Assembly: GCA_951406725.2 (NCBI GenBank)
Contig: OX597833.1
Coordinates: 61,070,001 to 61,134,000, forward strand
From: Octopus vulgaris
Taxonomy: Eukaryota
Direction of reading: 5' to 3'
DNA length: 64,000 bases
Below, piece after piece: positions 59,069 through 64,000 of the stretch (the first letter of the stretch is position 1; each line of letters begins with the position of its first letter). The position numbers and the translations under genes were made by a program. The notes under the pieces are model-generated. The model was given only the letters and a program-made list of their open reading frames with translations. It had not been told where the DNA came from and searched no databases.

Positions 59069-61242
59069 TTAATCTGTTTGTCTGTCCTTGTTTGTCCCCT
59101 CTTTGTTTAGCCCCTTGTGGGCAATAAAGAAATAAGAAATAACACATTAATTATTGGTTAATATAACTAAAAGACTTAGCACACTTGACCCCTTTTTGTG
59201 TGGAAATCAGTTATGTCCACTCAAAATTTCAATACCTTTATCTGTGGAAAGTAGTTTTATATCCCAATCTCTATTTTTTTTTTATCTTTTACTTGTTTCA
59301 GTCATTAGACTGCAGCCATACAGGGGCACTGTCTTGAAGAATTTTAGTTGAACGAATTAACCCCAGTACTTATTTTAAGCCTAGTACTTATTCTATTGTT
59401 CCCTTTCACTGAACTGCAAAGTTACAGGGATGTAAACACACCAACACCGGTTGTTAAGCAGTGGTGGGGGACAAACACAGATGCAAGCACACACACACAC
59501 ACACACACATACATTATATATACATTTTTACACTTTGATTTTTTGCTGAATTTTTTCTTGAGAACACATTCTTCGTGGAAAATGGTGATTTTGATGTCTA
59601 TATCTAGCATATAGGCTGTCCATTTCTTTAGTGGTCAGTCCTCTAAATTTTGTATATATATATATATATATAGAAATATATATATTGAAAGGCTCCTTTC
59701 AGTTTACATCTACCAAATCCACTCAGAAGTCTTGGTTCAGCCAAGGGCTATAGTTGAAAACAAATGCTTAAATTGCCATGCAATAGGATGAACCCGGAAC
59801 CCTGTGGTTGGGAAGCAAACTTCTTACCTCACAGCCACATCCACGCCCACGCAATCTATTTTTTGTGCAGGAATGTCCTGTTGGAAAGTATTTCCTGCTG
59901 TGGTGTGTCATATATCCTGTTGCGGTTTATTGAGACAACATGACTTGCAGAAACGCAAAGTTCTGCAGTTTTTCGCCTTTTTTCTTGGGAAGTACGAAAG
60001 AAAACGTTTTTATTTTGTTTCTGTGTAAATAAAAATGTGTGAGTACCTAGCTGGCCAATGTACTCTTCTTTCACTTTTGGATACCTTGCCAGTTAAAACA
60101 TATCAACGCATCAATAAACGTAACTAACAGATCTAACACAACATGTGTAATATCTTTTCTACTCTTGGCACAAGGCCCAAAATTTGGGGGGAGGGGGCCA
60201 GTCGATTAGATTTACCCCAGTACGCAACTGGTACTCAATTTATCGACCCCAAAAGGATGAAAGGCAAAGTCGACCTTGGCAGGATATGAACTCAGAACGT
60301 AAAGACAGAGACGAAATACTGCTAAGCATTTTGCCCGGCATGCTAACATATCTGCCAGCTCACCACATTACATCATCATCATCATTTAATGTCCGTTTTC
60401 CGTGCTAGCACGGGTTGGACGGCTCGACCGGGGTCTGGGAAGCCAGGAAGCTGCACCAGGCTCCAGTCTGATCTAGCAGTGTTTCTACAGTTGGATGCCC
60501 TTCCTAACACCAACCACTCCATGAGTGTAGTGGGTGCTTTTTACGTGCCACCGACACAGGTGCCGGGGGGGGGGGGGGGGCTGGGCAGCGGCCACGATCG
60601 GTTGGTGCTTTTTACATGCTACCAGCCTTACAATATGTGTAACATCAATATGATGACCTTTACCCTTCAGCACCCAGATTACTTTGTCAAAATGTAATAG
60701 TCATTCATTCGCATTGCTCTGAATTAATCATGCATTATCTTGTAGCTTCAAGATTTTGATGATGCGATTGTTTATTTTCATAATGATGCTATGACCGTGA
60801 GAAGCCAAATCTAACAAGTTTGAATATAAACCAGGTAGAATATTTAGGCCAGATATGGCTGGTTTAAATGGTAAAGGGTTAACAGGCCACTTCTTCCATA
60901 CCAGTGAGACTGATGTGATCAAAATCCAGTCTGAAACTTTCATTGACATTAAAGCAGTAAATGAGTCATCATTTTAATGTCCATTTTTCCATACTTGCAT
61001 GAGTCGGATGTTGTTTATAGGGGCAGCTTTTTATTGGGCTGGATGCCTTTCCTGTCACCAACCGTAATCTGTTTCCAAGCAAAGAAATACTTCCTCCTCC
61101 TCCCTGCACCATGGCCAGACATGTTCATGAATGGTTGGGAATGAATGACATTGGTTGTATGATAGTGACAATCATTTTACAACTATCACACAATGCCAAG
61201 ACAAGGAGACACAAACATGCACAATCACACACACACACACAA

Positions 61243-61700
61243 ATGATAAACCATCTTCTCTACATGGATGACTATAAAATATTTACAGAGACAATAACTA
61301 TTTAGTAAATCTACTGAAAAATTGTTCCTAAAAAAATGAATTTAGGATTAGACAAATGTGCTAATGATGCAACAAGAAGAAGCAAATTAGTTAAAACGAA
61401 GAAGATTAAATTAGCTGCAGACACTAGACACCAGAAGCAGAGACTTAGGTTTTACAGAAACTGATAAAATACAACAGAAATGAAGGAGAAAATTAGAAAT
61501 GACTACTGCAGAAGAATCAGACTGATATTAATAAAAACTGAACCTAATGCAAGAAGCAAGATAATAGGCATAAACACATTAGTTGTCTCAGTTTTAAACT
61601 ACAGCTTCAGACAGAAAAACCAGGAAACCACTAACGATGTTTTGAAGCCTTCACTTGCAACTGGTGCAGAAAGAATTTACCCAACTCTGTTCACAGAGAG
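61243..61700 (+). pseudogene. Non-LTR reverse transcriptase relic (R4/Dong-like)
   Basis: NHLLYMDD.K, GLDKCA, Y.RRIRLIL..E.NA..KI.GINT...VLNYSF, with frameshifts. Confidence 0.65.
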
Positions 61701-62818
61701 GACAGATGCAGTGACTGATATTACTGATATATTGAGACGGTAAAGCCCTGATGTCACCACCTCTAAGAGTTCCAGTCAAGAAGGACATCAAACAAGGTAT
61801 CTCCTTGATTGACGCCCTTTGTTAAAGTTCTTCACAGCATGTCCCAAAATGGTTATCAAGAAGCATTGGTTGGAAAGGTGGTGTTAACATTAACAATGAG
61901 CACATCTCTGATTTTCATAGGACATTGTGCTCATGACAGAAATCAGCCGTAGACTATGCTGACGGACGCTCAGAGTTCAGCAGTAAACATCAAAATACCT
62001 ATTTCTTTACTACCCACAAGGGGCTAAACATAGAGGGGACAAACAAGGACAGACAAACAGATTAAGTCGATTACATCAACTCCAGTGTGTAACTGGTACT
62101 TAAGTTATCAACCCCGAAAGGATGAAAGGCAAAGTCGACCTCAGCGGAATTTGAACTCAGAACGCAACGGCAGACGGAATACCGCTAAGCATTTCACCCA
62201 GCGTGCTAACGATTCTGCCAGCTCACAGAAATAAACCACATGAAAACAAAATATGTGACCCAAAAACATATCACAAGACCAAATTGTGATGGTAACTGAT
62301 GAAATTGAGGAGGTGAAAAATTATATCTTTGTAAATATGCTACAACATGAACAATGTAAGAAAGTAAAGTAAAAACCAAGCATGGACTTTGATATCACCT
62401 TCCAAGAAAGCTACAGTATTCTCTGCAGATGAAGGGTGTCCGTCATCTTCTAAAGTTGATAAACTAACATTGTACTTTACTTCTATGTATACCTAGAACA
62501 TTACCTCACTCTTGCACCTGAGTGCATAAAATGCATTATTACATCAACTATTCAGTAATCATTTGAAACAGCTGTAAAGACCTGACATGATTACATCATG
62601 CAAATTATATACACAACTTTTCATATGAATACATTCCTGACACCTATTACCACTTGTCTGTCATTCTTCTGTATATACTTGATTCTGATCGTCCTTCTAG
62701 CGCACTGTCCTTCTTCTGCCTAGCTCAACCGAATGAAGCTAAAATTTAAGATTCTGATCTCTCTGAGCACCACTAGGTAACTTTGCCACACTTAAAACTA
62801 GCATCTTATCACCCATTG

Positions 62819-62881
<63 letters not shown>

Positions 62882-63433
62882 AATATAATTCCAAACTTAT
62901 AGGCTTAAGTTTTTCATTGTATGATTTGCCTAATAGTGGTTTTATCTCTAATTTAATATAATATATATATATATATATATACATACTAGTAAGAAATATA
63001 ATTCCAAAACACACACACACACACACACACACATGAAGTGTAGGCAACTGTGTGCAACTGCTTGGCACCTTGGGCAAGTATCTCCTACTAAATCCCTGAG
63101 CGAAACCAAAGCCCTGTGAATGGATTTGATAGAAGGAAACTGAAGAAAGCCCATCTTGTTTACATGAATGTGTGTGTGTGTGTGTGTGTGTATGTGATCG
63201 TCTCCTTGTCTTGACATCACTTGACAGTTGTAAATGAGTGTCACTGTCATACAAGCAGTGTCATTCATTTCCAATATTTTGCGAGAATATGTCTGGCCAT
63301 GAGAAAATATTACTTTGCTTGGAAACAGATAAGGGTTGGCAACAAGTAGAGTATCCAGCTGTAGAAAATCTTCAATAAAATCTATCCAACCCATGCTAGC
63401 ATGGAAAAATGGACATTAAAATGATCACTATTT

Positions 63434-63481
<48 letters not shown>

Positions 63482-64000
63482 CACACACACATATATATAC
63501 ACACACACACACATATATATATATATGCACATACACACACAAACACAGAGACGGACATAATTTTATTGAATTAATTCTGTTTTAATTCTAAGTTTACTTC
63601 CTGCAACATCAAAGGCTTTATTTTGAATCTTTATGTCTTTTTCTTTTGAACAAGCTCATAGGAATGTGTGTGTGTGCATGCACAGGTATGTGTGTGTTTC
63701 GTTGTATTTCTCATTAAGTTAAAAATAAATATGTCTTTATAAACGTATTTATTACTGAAATATTATGGGAAAATGACTGTACACATATACACACACACAC
63801 ATATATTTATAATTACATCTATTACTGAAATATATGAGATATTAATTGTATTCACAAATATAAAGCAGATTTGTTACTGAAATACATGGTATTAATTATA
63901 CATCTACATACATATATTACATATGTATATCTCTGTATCAACCAAATTATCAGATGCTGTTATACATGGCTCGTCACAATGCACTTTCTTGCACTGTTTA

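Noticed and set aside
60047-60084. Upstream FBXO15 exon (VSKSERRVHWPA)
   Set aside because: Phase fits, but both splice sites are weak (aag acceptor, gtactc donor) and there is no homology support.
61780-62360. RTE-like reverse transcriptase fragment interrupted by a SINE
   Set aside because: Only faint motif similarity (KQG, DIVL); too decayed to call by eye.
62651-62738. FBXO15 start exon (MTDK)
   Set aside because: Splicing directly to 58583 would create TGA; no supported path found.
27-63394. Most ORFs in the six-frame track
   Set aside because: They translate microsatellites, SINEs or antisense exons; only segments bounded by splice sites with family motifs were accepted.

Overview
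AT-rich, repeat-dense eukaryotic DNA; the SINE families, microsatellites and intron style suggest an octopus/coleoid cephalopod (inference). Two convergent multi-exon genes were reconstructed by hand with GT-AG splice sites and consistent phases: a GSE1-like gene on + (13 coding exons, 5987-29725, about 1114 aa, plus two candidate 5' micro-exons at 3328-3451) and an FBXO15-like F-box gene on - (14 coding exons, 58583-32349, about 485 aa, first exon not located). Introns hold tRNA-derived SINEs, piggyBac/mariner/Merlin/hAT-type MITEs, non-autonomous Helitrons and LINE/LTR/mariner relics. The main unexplained signal is a set of unrelated type-I hammerhead ribozyme (HHR) motifs: (i) a 360-nt, highly structured, terminally redundant retrozyme-like unit with an intact U3:A8-variant HHR, in the sense orientation of a GSE1 intron (6564-6967); (ii) a tRNA-like Pol III head between inverted HHR-bearing arms (34140-34533); (iii) a palindrome of two HHR-like motifs (36713-36889); (iv) a canonical HHR with a long stem II behind a Penelope-like relic (42562-42647). 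All folds and homologies were read by eye; nothing was computed or searched.
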